Shown one piece after another: positions 49,191 through 58,291 of a stretch of DNA of 64,000 nt (position 1 is the stretch's first letter; each line of letters starts with the position of its first letter). Below the pieces are notes generated by a model. The model made no database searches. It had not been told where the DNA came from and was given only the letters and a program-made list of their open reading frames with translations. The stretch covers positions 318 through 64,317 of the forward strand of contig JBAZLM010000001.1 in NCBI GenBank assembly GCA_041650295.1. Direction: 5' to 3'. The stretch comes from Candidatus Omnitrophota bacterium. GTDB taxonomy: Bacteria > Omnitrophota > Gorgyraeia > Gygaellales > Profunditerraquicolaceae. The position numbers and the translations under genes are program-made.

Positions 49191-49279
49191 AAAATAACTT
49201 TTTTATATTTATAACTCTTTTAATTATAATCTTTGTTTAATCTGACTATTATGGAATAAACTTTTTAACTTATTTTTCA

Positions 49280-51250
49280 TTATTTAAGCTCTAGAGGATT
49301 AAAACCATAGTAGGCAAAAAGAGTGTAAGCAGTTCCTGAAACTGAACCGGTATGTTTACCTTTAGGAGTCATCCAACCGTGACCGGTATCCACATAATCT
49401 TGAGTGGCATAAGGCAAACATCCCTCCCCTTGACCCGACGGGGAAGAGCTAGCAATAATCATATTTCCCAACTGACTTAAATAAAACTGTGCTTTTTCTT
49501 GATAACTAGCCGCTTTCTTCAAATCACCTTTTTGAGCATAATACTCTGCCATGATTTTATAAGAGACCACCATCTGTCCGGTCCATTCTGATGAAACTAA
49601 CCCACCTCTAGCAGTATGCTCTTGCGGTGCAAAATCAAAACCTTTTATTTTTACTCTTTGACCATCAGGTTTTAAAAAATTTGCCTCGACACTACAGTTC
49701 TCCTCAACAAATTGCATAATTTGATCCGGATCCATTCCTAACTCTTTTAATTTTTGTGGGCCTACTGCGGCAATCGACCAGGCATAAGTATCTGTAGCAA
49801 TCGTAGCATCACCTTTTCCACGCTTAACCGGTAAATCTGATCGGTCATAAGTATGACCGATCATCCAATCCAATGCAGTTTGTGCCGCTTGAGCATAAAT
49901 TTTTTTTCCGGTAACTTTGGCTAACATATTAAAAAACGCATAAGCATCTAAATTATGTTCGGTAGCATACCAATCTACATTAGGGCCACCGCGGATCCCC
50001 CCTTGACTATCGGCATTCTGAAATTTAATAATCGTTTGGCCAATACTTTGCGCTAAATCTAAATAACTTTTATCCTGCGACATCTGCGTGTATTGCATAA
50101 TCGCTAATCCCAACCAAAGATTCGGGCCACTGTGCATCACAAATTCCGCCGGTCCCCCGTCATTAACATAGTAGGCATTGAGAAACCAACCGTTCTCTCT
50201 TTTAGCGTTATGTGCAAAAAAATCTAAAATTTTCTTAGCCCGGCTAAAATCTTTAAAATAAGAATAGGTCTGCACTAACAATGCCAAGTCATAAGTAAAA
50301 GACCAATTAGCAATATCTTTATCCCCTTCAAAACTCATCACTAAACCCGTGCGATTATTTTGATGAATTTTAAGCCAACGATACATCTTGTCAAAGTTAG
50401 CTTTTTCTAAAACATCCTTTTGTTGATCTAATTGAGTTAACTCCTGCACGGCAATATTTTCCTTGGCCACCACTGTTTTAAGTTGTGCCTCTAAAAGTGA
50501 CTTCTCTTTAGTTAAACTAATAATCAAATTATTCAGTCGAGTCGTCTCTTTTAAATTCAATGCTTCAATATCAGCCTTTTGAGATTCTATTTTTTCTTTT
50601 GCTGACTCCAGATTAATCTTGGCTGTTTGAACCCCCTTAATTTGTTGGGCTAAATTTTTTAATTGCTCCTGTAATTGCTGACGAGAGCTGCTGACTTCTT
50701 CAATTTTTTGTTTAGCTAAATCTGATTCTTTTAAAACTACAGAAAGTCTTTCAATTAACAGTTTATTACCTTGGGTTAACTTAAAATTTAAATAACTGTT
50801 AATACTTAATGCGGCAACTAAAATACAAACTATAGTTAAGGCTACCGGAACAAAAAGTTTTTTAAACCAAGCATAACGCATCAACTTAGCATTTTTAGCC
50901 GCAGAGATCTGCTCATAATTAAGACCAATTAAATGTTTTTGCGTATCCCCAAAAATATCTTTAGCCCAAATAACTGAGGTGGCAGCAGTAATCGGCTTTA
51001 TCTCTACCGGGATATCAATTTCTAATAACACATGCGCTTTTTTATCTTTGAGTAATTTGAATAATTCGGGCTTAAAATTATTTATGCAAAGACAAATTCC
51101 ACCGTGACTAACGTTATTGGTAAAACCTTGCAACCAATCAGAGAGAAAGGTCTTCCCGTCAGGAGTTTGCAGGCGAAATTGCACCGGAAAAACCGTGTCT
51201 AATCGTAAATACTTTCGATGCTCTGCAGGTTTTATTTTTTTATGTGGCAT
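49280..51250 (-). CDS. Fusion of a PilZ domain, a TM helix, a coiled coil and a six-hairpin glycosidase-like domain.
   Basis: N-terminal PilZ motifs: RKYLRL...D...NVSHGGICL. TM helix: VPVALTIVCILVAALSI. Coiled coil: aa ~170-290. The C-terminal ~370 aa carry repeated aromatic/Gly-rich helices (...GGIRGGPNVDWYATEHNLDAYAFF..., ATDTYAWSIAA) resembling (alpha/alpha)6 glycoside hydrolases. Confidence 0.6.
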   Translation of the reverse strand: MPHKKIKPAEHRKYLRLDTVFPVQFRLQTPDGKTFLSDWLQGFTNNVSHGGICLCINNFKPELFKLLKDKKAHVLLEIDIPVEIKPITAATSVIWAKDIFGDTQKHLIGLNYEQISAAKNAKLMRYAWFKKLFVPVALTIVCILVAALSINSYLNFKLTQGNKLLIERLSVVLKESDLAKQKIEEVSSSRQQLQEQLKNLAQQIKGVQTAKINLESAKEKIESQKADIEALNLKETTRLNNLIISLTKEKSLLEAQLKTVVAKENIAVQELTQLDQQKDVLEKANFDKMYRWLKIHQNNRTGLVMSFEGDKDIANWSFTYDLALLVQTYSYFKDFSRAKKILDFFAHNAKRENGWFLNAYYVNDGGPAEFVMHSGPNLWLGLAIMQYTQMSQDKSYLDLAQSIGQTIIKFQNADSQGGIRGGPNVDWYATEHNLDAYAFFNMLAKVTGKKIYAQAAQTALDWMIGHTYDRSDLPVKRGKGDATIATDTYAWSIAAVGPQKLKELGMDPDQIMQFVEENCSVEANFLKPDGQRVKIKGFDFAPQEHTARGGLVSSEWTGQMVVSYKIMAEYYAQKGDLKKAASYQEKAQFYLSQLGNMIIASSSPSGQGEGCLPYATQDYVDTGHGWMTPKGKHTGSVSGTAYTLFAYYGFNPLELK

Positions 51251-51276
51251 TTTTTATGCGGTTAAATTTCACTATG

Positions 51277-51846
51277 CTATATTCTATAGTAAAAGCTGGC
51301 TAATGCAATATTCTTTTCCTGGGAAATCAGACTCAGTCGATTTAAAACTTCCCAAGTCATCTTTACGTCTGAAAAAGCCCGGTGTTCTTGCGCAGTTTTA
51401 ATCCCTAAAGTTTGCGCCACCAGCCAAAGGGGATAACGCGATAAAGTCGGCAATAGCTTTCTGGCCATCGTCAACACATCTAAAATTAATACATTACTTA
51501 AAACTGGTAGACCAATTAATTTAAGTTCATTATTTAAAAATCCTAGATCAAATCCAGCGTTGTAGGAACAAAGCCCGCTACCTGCAATAAATTCTAAAAA
51601 TTTAGGCATCACTGCAGCGATAGTGGGGGCGTCTTTGAGCATTTCCGGAGTAATTTTATTTACCGCAAATGCCCCAGCAGAGATAGGTCGACCCGGATTA
51701 ATCAACATATTGAAACTAGCGACTTTTTGATCTCCTTTTATCCGCAAAGCAGCCAACTCCACCAGGCGATCACCCGTTAAAGGATCTAAACCGGTAGTTT
51801 CCGTATCAAATATAGTAAGTTCTAATAGATTAGTTTCTTCAGACAT
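51277..51846 (-). CDS. DnaQ-like 3'-5' exonuclease (DEDDh family).
   Basis: Exo I: IFDTETTGLDP. Exo II: YNAGFDLGFL. Exo III: HRAFSDVKMTWEV. Confidence 0.8.
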   Translation of the reverse strand: MSEETNLLELTIFDTETTGLDPLTGDRLVELAALRIKGDQKVASFNMLINPGRPISAGAFAVNKITPEMLKDAPTIAAVMPKFLEFIAGSGLCSYNAGFDLGFLNNELKLIGLPVLSNVLILDVLTMARKLLPTLSRYPLWLVAQTLGIKTAQEHRAFSDVKMTWEVLNRLSLISQEKNIALASFYYRI

Positions 51847-52735
51847 CTCTAGTTACAATGTAAGCTGGCTCTAAGCACATTGGCTTATAAGATAACTTTA
51901 CTTTGCGTAAATTTTCTAGACCAGAATCGTCCATAATATTAATATATTTATAAGTTTTTAAATCCTGACAAAATTGGCGAAAGATAAACGGCGCTAATCC
52001 CTTAATCGTTAAATCCGTTATCTCATATAATATACAAAATGTATCTTTATTCAATGAATATCCAAAACTAAAAGCAGATATTTTTTTATTAATCCGCACT
52101 ACTACTCCTTGAAAATCCAGTTTCTGATAATTAACAAACGCCTCTTTAATAACTTTATAGTTATCGTCTAGCATAGCACAATAAAGATCATCATTAGAGT
52201 GAGCCTTGCGCGCCTTAGCCCAAAAATTAAATAAAGCTAAACAAGGAGCGCGATCAGTCAATTTTAATTTCTGACAAACAAAATCGTAGTGCTTAATAAA
52301 ATAATTGTAAGCGGCGCGCTGCGATTTATATTTATTTCCTCGCAAATTGGCCAAATCGTTTCTTGCGCAAAGATAATCAGGATATTTGTCGTTAACTAAA
52401 TATCCTAAAGCACGATAATTAGCCAAATCTTTCTCGGGAATATTTTCAATCCGCGAAATAGATTTATTTTTATTAATCCCATCCATTACGGAAAAACTAG
52501 CCTTTATCACCGCTGGTTTTATTTCTCTGGCCAGGGGCGGTAAATACATAAAACAACCAACGGCATCCTGAAAAAAAATGCAAAGACTATCTTCTAAAAT
52601 AACCCAATTAATTTTATAAAGACAGCGCCAAATATAAATGTTAGCAAATGAAAATACCGCTAAATCATGCTGATCTTGCGCTAAATAAGTATTAAATAAT
52701 TTTTTATCTTTAAGGGTAAGTTTATTTAGGTTCAT
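51839..52735 (-). CDS. DUF2156-family protein (MprF C-terminal-like; predicted aminoacyl-tRNA-dependent transferase fold).
   Basis: FSFANIYIWR...DYLCARNDLANLRGNKYKSQRAAYNYF...ISAFSFGYSLNKDT...GLENLRKVKLSYKP matches conserved DUF2156 blocks. Confidence 0.65.
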   Translation of the reverse strand: MNLNKLTLKDKKLFNTYLAQDQHDLAVFSFANIYIWRCLYKINWVILEDSLCIFFQDAVGCFMYLPPLAREIKPAVIKASFSVMDGINKNKSISRIENIPEKDLANYRALGYLVNDKYPDYLCARNDLANLRGNKYKSQRAAYNYFIKHYDFVCQKLKLTDRAPCLALFNFWAKARKAHSNDDLYCAMLDDNYKVIKEAFVNYQKLDFQGVVVRINKKISAFSFGYSLNKDTFCILYEITDLTIKGLAPFIFRQFCQDLKTYKYINIMDDSGLENLRKVKLSYKPMCLEPAYIVTRDV

Positions 52736-53231
52736 GAGGTAGATTTATTTCGGCGACTTCTCTTACCTCTTCGTAAGCCTGAATAATCTGCGGGTTATCT
52801 TTTAACATCTTAATCATCTTGTGGGTATTGAGCAGCTCCGTAAGATAAATAATGTAATCATTGGCTTCTGGAGTATCAATTTTTTCATAAACATAGGGAC
52901 AATTTAAATCCACCGTTAATAACACTCTGCCTTTACGTAGATTAATCAAAAAAGGATAAAGTTGACATTCAAACGGACGCAAATTATAAATTTTACACTG
53001 ATTATCTTTAGTTTCTAAAAACGGACAGATAAAATCTGCACCATCAGGATTAGCAACTAGATGCAGCCTACGATCGCCAAATATAGAAGCCGCCGGAATA
53101 TCTTTCTTGTCCATCAGTGCATGAATCTCTTCATCTAAAAGACAAGGGCTCCAGACAGAGTTGTCTTCTTTAAACCTACAACAACCTCGGCATTTAAGAC
53201 AAAACTCTTCCGGGACAAATTGTTTAATCAT
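52722..53231 (-). CDS. YkgJ-family (UPF0153) Cys-rich Fe/Zn-binding protein.
   Basis: CLKCRGCCRF...CPFL...CKIY...RPFECQLYPF is the YkgJ CxxCxxCC pattern. Confidence 0.65.
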   Translation of the reverse strand: MIKQFVPEEFCLKCRGCCRFKEDNSVWSPCLLDEEIHALMDKKDIPAASIFGDRRLHLVANPDGADFICPFLETKDNQCKIYNLRPFECQLYPFLINLRKGRVLLTVDLNCPYVYEKIDTPEANDYIIYLTELLNTHKMIKMLKDNPQIIQAYEEVREVAEINLPHEPK

Positions 53232-53548
53232 TTAACGATACTCCCTAATTTTAATTGCTTATCCGGGCTCAATACTGCCAACAGCAGATCATCTGAGCCA
53301 GCCAAAATCATCCCCTGGCTTTCTACACCGCGCAAAATTACCGGATCTAAATTATCGACTAAAACTACCTGCTTACCGATGAGCTCTTCTTTAGTATAAA
53401 ATGCTTTGATTCCCGCCACTACCTGCTTCTGACGATCACCCAAATCTACTTTTAAAACTAATAATTTATCGGCATTAGGATGGTCATTTACTTCGATAAT
53501 CTGAGCAACTCTTAATTCTAATTTTCGAAAATCTTCAATTGATGCCAT
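53228..53548 (-). CDS. tRNA-binding-domain protein (Trbp111/CsaA-like).
   Basis: LELRVAQIIEVNDHPNADKLLVLKVDLGD..QKQVVAGIKAFYTKEELIGKQVVLVDNLDP..LRGVESQGMILA is the canonical EMAP/tRNA-binding OB fold. Confidence 0.8.
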   Translation of the reverse strand: MASIEDFRKLELRVAQIIEVNDHPNADKLLVLKVDLGDRQKQVVAGIKAFYTKEELIGKQVVLVDNLDPVILRGVESQGMILAGSDDLLLAVLSPDKQLKLGSIVK

Positions 53549-53577
53549 GTAAAACCTCCGTAGTTATACCTCGCGAA

Positions 53578-55092
53578 TCAAAACTTCATCTCTACATAAA
53601 ATTCAAGCTGATAAGCATTGTTGGGATTGCCATCACTTTGCACACACGGACTAAATAAACTGCCGCCTAGATCATCGCGTTTAGCTTTATAAAATTCTCC
53701 CGGGATAAAATACCCACCTAAAAAACCTACCGTAATATGTTGATTAATTTTATAATCAATAAACAAATCTGCTTCATAACCTAAATCCTGAGAAAGATAA
53801 GTACCGCTTCCATCTACTACCCCCACCGGCCGAGCAAACGACCTTAAATAATAACCATACAAACTTAAGCAAAGTTTTTCGGTAAAATTATAATCAAAGC
53901 CTACCGCGGGCATAATTATGTTTTCAAAGTCTCCGGAAGCAAAAGTATCCGGTCGCAACACACCGTAATTTAAACCATATCCGCCACCCATCGCCACAAT
54001 AGGAAGCATATCTACATTACTACTACTTATTGTATCACCTAAATTGTAATTTGTGGGAGAGAAATAACTAAAAGCCCGATTTCTACTGCCCGGATACTGG
54101 ATATCTCCACTCTCTGCCATCTCCGGAGTAGCTTTATTTCCCGAACAAGCTAAAAATTGTAACCCCGGTACAAATTTTCCCAAAACATAATCAATCCCTG
54201 AATAAAACATATAACCCGCATGCGTAATATTTTTATAATTACTATCCGCACTTTGCGCATAACCAAAATTATGCGCAGCTTCTAACTTTAAAGTAAGCTG
54301 CTCATCCTTAAATTCCCAGGCTGCGCCTATTGTTCCTAATAAATCTCTATCTACAGGAGTAACAAAAATATTATCTCTTTTACCAGCGGAAGTATAATCG
54401 GCCAACATCCCTAAATATGGCCAAAAAGTTTGTTTACCGGCCACAAGCTTAGCATCGGTAGCAAAAAAATTCGCCGCATTAGGTTCATATTTTTGCCCTT
54501 CAGCCTTTTCTTGTGGGACGTGCGGACCCAAACGATATTTGTAAATTAAATCCGGACGACAGTAATAAAAACGCCAAAGCAAGTCTTGGGTTTCCTGATA
54601 TACAGTAAATCCGTAATTTTCATAGTTGCCATTAAGCGCAAAACCATTACCCACTTCATAAATAAACAAACCTGCCTTAACCCTAAGACTATCAAGCAGT
54701 TTAGCGTCATACCAAAACTCCTCGACTTGTGGCAACAGCTCTACGCCACGGTATTTCTCTACCTGACCTACAGAAGTATATAATGTATTATGAATAAAAA
54801 GCGGGGCACTATAATCATACGGTCCGTTGCGCTCTAGCTTTATGTAAGCTTTGTTTCCTGAATCTTTAAAATCTGCACCTAAAGCAAAACTATAATCTAT
54901 TCCTAAATAAGTAGTATGATCATCGGCATTGTGACTATCTAGAGTTACCACATTTTTAAAACTTACCAGATCTGCGCGAAAATAAGTATCTAAAGTTAAT
55001 CCTAGCTGTTGAGTATTAACCAGTTCATAAGCATAAGCACTAGAAACAAAACTAAAAATAAAAATTATAAAAAAACTGAACTTTTTTAACAT
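53578..55092 (-). CDS. Outer-membrane beta-barrel protein (putative porin).
   Basis: Signal peptide FFIIFIFSFVSSAYA. Alternating amphipathic beta-strand pattern. C-terminal ...YQLEFYVEMKF with a terminal Phe. Confidence 0.5.
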   Translation of the reverse strand: MLKKFSFFIIFIFSFVSSAYAYELVNTQQLGLTLDTYFRADLVSFKNVVTLDSHNADDHTTYLGIDYSFALGADFKDSGNKAYIKLERNGPYDYSAPLFIHNTLYTSVGQVEKYRGVELLPQVEEFWYDAKLLDSLRVKAGLFIYEVGNGFALNGNYENYGFTVYQETQDLLWRFYYCRPDLIYKYRLGPHVPQEKAEGQKYEPNAANFFATDAKLVAGKQTFWPYLGMLADYTSAGKRDNIFVTPVDRDLLGTIGAAWEFKDEQLTLKLEAAHNFGYAQSADSNYKNITHAGYMFYSGIDYVLGKFVPGLQFLACSGNKATPEMAESGDIQYPGSRNRAFSYFSPTNYNLGDTISSSNVDMLPIVAMGGGYGLNYGVLRPDTFASGDFENIIMPAVGFDYNFTEKLCLSLYGYYLRSFARPVGVVDGSGTYLSQDLGYEADLFIDYKINQHITVGFLGGYFIPGEFYKAKRDDLGGSLFSPCVQSDGNPNNAYQLEFYVEMKF

Positions 55093-55255
55093 AAATTAAG
55101 CTTTCCAGGCTTGATTAATAAAACTCAAAAAATATAATATCACTGCCCTTGGTAAAACTCAAGCTAAAGTAGCACAATACTATAATATGGATTTATATAT
55201 TTTTTTAAGGTATACTTTAGTAGAAGACTAAGATAAATTTAATAAAAGGTAAACT

Positions 55256-55702
55256 ATGCATTGGCGATCAAACAAAGGTTTTACATTACCTGAAATGCTC
55301 TTAGCCGCTTTAATTGCTTCTTTTGCATTATGCGGAGTATTGTTGACCTATATCTCTTGCATGAATATGGTTAAAACTTCAAAAAATGTTTCTATCGCCA
55401 CCTCTGCTGCTCAAGGATTAATCGAAGAAATTCGCACCACACCTTTTCCACAAATTGTTGATGATTACAATCGACTGGGCTTTGTAGTAAATGGGATTAA
55501 CAACAGTCGCGGTATAGTTTATGTTGACGACACAAACCCAGAACTTTTATTAGTTACTGTGAGTGTTTGCTGGAAGCAAGGGATCAAAACCGTAGGCGAA
55601 GACACCAATCTCAATGGTCTTCTGGATGCCGGAGAAGATCTCAATGCAAACAATATGATTGATTCATCTGTGGAGTTAGTCACGCAAGTGGCTAATCGAT
55701 AA
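55256..55702 (+). CDS. Prepilin-type N-terminal cleavage/methylation-domain protein (minor pilin or pseudopilin, PilV/GspI-like).
   Basis: Leader MHWRSNKG|FTLPEMLLAALIASFALCGVLL, with G-1, F+1 and E+5. Confidence 0.7.
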   Translation: MHWRSNKGFTLPEMLLAALIASFALCGVLLTYISCMNMVKTSKNVSIATSAAQGLIEEIRTTPFPQIVDDYNRLGFVVNGINNSRGIVYVDDTNPELLLVTVSVCWKQGIKTVGEDTNLNGLLDAGEDLNANNMIDSSVELVTQVANR

Positions 55703-56218
55703 ATGCGCGGCTTTACTATTTTAGAGAGTTTAATTTCAATTTTAATTTTCTCCATCATTACTATCGCTTTAGGCTTGGGAGTGGTTGCCGGTAAAAATTC
55801 CTTATTTACTAGCGACGTTCCGACCCAACTGCGACAAAATGTTTTATTTGGTATTGTCTCTATGAGTAGAGAAATACGCCAAACTGCTCCTGCAAAAACC
55901 AATATTAGTTCAGATTCCAGTAGCAGTTCAATTACTTTTCAAATTCCAAACGATAATAACAGTGATGGATCAATTGTCGATACTTTAGGCAATATCGAAT
56001 GGGGCACTAACATTACTTATGCCCGTAATGGAGCAAATCAAATTATTCGCACGCAAAATGGGGTCTCTTCAGTTATCGCCGCAAATATTACGGCTTTGCA
56101 ATTTAGTCGACCGGCAGGAGAAGATAATCTAATACAAATTGATATTACTGCCCAAAGAACTAATAATACGGGAAATTGGCAAGATGCAGAACAGGCGATT
56201 GTTAAAATGAGAAACTAA
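55703..56218 (+). CDS. Prepilin-type minor pilin or pseudopilin (PilW/GspJ-like).
   Basis: MRG|FTILESLISILIFSIITIALG has the class III signal. Confidence 0.7.
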   Translation: MRGFTILESLISILIFSIITIALGLGVVAGKNSLFTSDVPTQLRQNVLFGIVSMSREIRQTAPAKTNISSDSSSSSITFQIPNDNNSDGSIVDTLGNIEWGTNITYARNGANQIIRTQNGVSSVIAANITALQFSRPAGEDNLIQIDITAQRTNNTGNWQDAEQAIVKMRN

Positions 56219-56219
56219 A

Positions 56220-57524
56220 ATGTTTAATTTATTAGAAAAATTAAAAAATAAAAAAGGAATTGCCCTTATCTCTACCTATATGGTACTCACCGTATTGTTA
56301 GCATTCTCGGGCTTACTTTTTGAAATTAGCAATTGGCAAAATAAAACGACCAACACTTTCAAAAGACAGGCTCAAGCAATTGATATCGCCGAAGCCGGTC
56401 TAGATCGAGCGCTGGTCTGGATAAGAGCTCAAGCCTCTCCTCCGGGGAGCGCAACCAATCCCTGGGGAGGAGTACAAGTTTTAGGTAACCCTACAATTGG
56501 TAGCTACAGTGTAACCATTACTGATCTAGGTTCGCCTTCTGGCTCCCCCAGCATAAAAAGATACAAAGTAACCTCCACTTCTACAGTAAGCGGAATCAAT
56601 CAAACTTTAACTAATTATTTACAGACTGATAATTATGCACGCTATATCTGGTTTACCAATCGTGAAAATTACGGTGGAACCAACGTCTGGTTTTGGAATC
56701 AAGATCGCTTAAACGGGCCGACTCATACTAACGGACATTTTAATATCGCTGGTACCCCAGTTTTTGATGGAGCGGTAGAATCTGTCGATGACTATATCCG
56801 TTATTTTAATAACGGTAACAATATTAACTCTTCTAACCTAAGTAATCCTCCTTATGACACTCCGGACTTTAATAGTACCGTAGACTTAGGCGTAAGTTCT
56901 ACCAACATGCCTACCCAAGCTTTAAGTTTGCGCGCAGCTTCCACCAGCGCAGGAGGACTGCGCCTCAAAGGAAATTCAACTATCGTTTTAAATGCAAACG
57001 GAACAATGAATGTCACTAATTCTGATAAAGGATGGAGTAATAGAAACATGCCGTTACCAACCAATGGCGCACTCTTTGTAAATAATGGAAATTTAACTAT
57101 CTCCGGAACGCTCAACGGAAGATTAACTGCTGGAGCCAGCAAAGATATAAATATCCCTAATAGTATAGTTTATGCTAATGACCCTCGAGTTAATCCAGCG
57201 TCAACCGATACACTAGGACTTATTTCAGAACAAGATGTCGTGGTCAGCTCAGGAGCTCCTAATAATGTAGAAGTTGATGCTTCCATTATGGCACTAAATA
57301 CTTCTTTTATGGTTGAGAATTGGTGGACCGGAGGTGCCAAGGGTACACTTTCAGTCTTTGGGGGAATCATCCAAAATGAAAGAGGTCCGGTAGGAACCTT
57401 TAGCGGCAATACAAAAGTATCCGGTTATTCTAAAGATTACAACTATGACACGCGCTTACTAAATTCACCTCCACCTTTTGTTCCCACTACCGGAGACTAC
57501 ATTACATTAGCCTGGGAGAATTAA
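56220..57524 (+). CDS. PilX-like minor pilin or tip-associated protein, 434 aa.
   Basis: PilX_N-like N-terminus KKGIALISTYMVLTVLLAFSGLL, followed by a large Gly/Asn/Thr-rich beta-rich domain. Confidence 0.5.
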   Translation: MFNLLEKLKNKKGIALISTYMVLTVLLAFSGLLFEISNWQNKTTNTFKRQAQAIDIAEAGLDRALVWIRAQASPPGSATNPWGGVQVLGNPTIGSYSVTITDLGSPSGSPSIKRYKVTSTSTVSGINQTLTNYLQTDNYARYIWFTNRENYGGTNVWFWNQDRLNGPTHTNGHFNIAGTPVFDGAVESVDDYIRYFNNGNNINSSNLSNPPYDTPDFNSTVDLGVSSTNMPTQALSLRAASTSAGGLRLKGNSTIVLNANGTMNVTNSDKGWSNRNMPLPTNGALFVNNGNLTISGTLNGRLTAGASKDINIPNSIVYANDPRVNPASTDTLGLISEQDVVVSSGAPNNVEVDASIMALNTSFMVENWWTGGAKGTLSVFGGIIQNERGPVGTFSGNTKVSGYSKDYNYDTRLLNSPPPFVPTTGDYITLAWEN

Positions 57525-57527
57525 AAA

Positions 57528-57956
57528 ATGAAAATTAAAGGATTAATTATTTTATCAATTCTCTGTATCATAATTATGGTCATGGTTTTATTATCCAATC
57601 GACAACCCGCTGATATAAATGCAGTTTTAAAAGAAGAAAAATTGATTGTTGAACCAAATATAGAATATTCGCAATCAATGCCTGATGCAACAATTATAAA
57701 TAAAGTCGCAATGCCTGTGATCAAGAGCGGAGTAACTATAATTAAAAAAACTACTTTAGAAGAGCCAGCCAAGGAACCAGAAAAAATTACATCTGCAAAC
57801 ACTACTAATTCTAACAATACCTGGACTAACCCATCTAACCCAACCGCCAATTTTAAATCTGAGAATAATCAACAAACCGGAATTACTAAGACCGGTAAAC
57901 AGCCCGCCCATAAAGAGCTCCAAGAGATGAATGCACAAGGAATAGTGCTATATTAA
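57528..57956 (+). CDS. Bitopic membrane protein, 142 aa; possibly a pilus-assembly accessory protein.
   Basis: TM helix LIILSILCIIIMVMVLL. Downstream of the minor pilins with a 3-nt gap. Confidence 0.35.
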   Translation: MKIKGLIILSILCIIIMVMVLLSNRQPADINAVLKEEKLIVEPNIEYSQSMPDATIINKVAMPVIKSGVTIIKKTTLEEPAKEPEKITSANTTNSNNTWTNPSNPTANFKSENNQQTGITKTGKQPAHKELQEMNAQGIVLY

Positions 57957-57962
57957 ACAAAA

Positions 57963-57996
57963 ATGCCGTAGATAATTACCTACGGCATTCATTTTA
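57963..57996. terminator. Bidirectional rho-independent terminator between the pilin operon and tRNA-Asp.
   Basis: Stem atgccgtag / ctacggcat with an 8-nt loop. T-runs follow on both strands (ttcatttt on plus; tttttg on minus). Confidence 0.55.
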
Positions 57997-57997
57997 T

Positions 57998-58076
57998 TGG
58001 CGGGGCCGACGAGATTCGGACTCGCGATCTCCTCCGTGACAGGGAGGCGCTTTAAGCCAGGCTAAGCTACGACCCC
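57998..58076 (-). tRNA. tRNA-Asp (anticodon GTC) with encoded CCA.
   Basis: Reverse complement is GGGGTCG-TA-GCTT-[AGCCTGGCTTA]-AAGC-G-CCTCC-CTGTCAC-GGAGG-AGATC-GCGAG-TCCGAAT-CTCGT-CGGCCCC-G-CCA. This folds as a cloverleaf with a TΨC-loop GTTC variant. Confidence 0.75.
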
Positions 58077-58147
58077 AACATATTAATTTTGAAAACCTAT
58101 TATACTTTTTTGTTAAACTAAAGTCTACTATTTATTTATAAAATTAA

Positions 58148-58224
58148 TGGTGGGCGATAGAGGAGTTGAACCCCTGACCCTCTGAATGTAAATCAGATGC
58201 TCTAACCAACTGAGCTAATCGCCC
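58148..58224 (-). tRNA. tRNA-Val (anticodon TAC) with encoded CCA.
   Basis: Reverse complement is GGGCGAT-TA-GCTC-AGTTGGTTA-GAGC-A-TCTGA-TTTACAT-TCAGA-GGGTC-AGGGG-TTCAACT-CCTCT-ATCGCCC-A-CCA, 77 nt. Confidence 0.85.
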
Positions 58225-58291
58225 TGAAATCTTTTTTATTATCAATCCGTTGCGAAATCCTCTTTAGAGGATGAGCTAATCGCCCTGAAAT

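Noticed and set aside
55111-55138. A possible TTGATT-16-TATAAT promoter for the pilin operon.
   Set aside because: It is ~120 nt upstream with a 16-nt spacer. A-T-rich intergenic DNA produces many such matches, so it is not reported as a feature.
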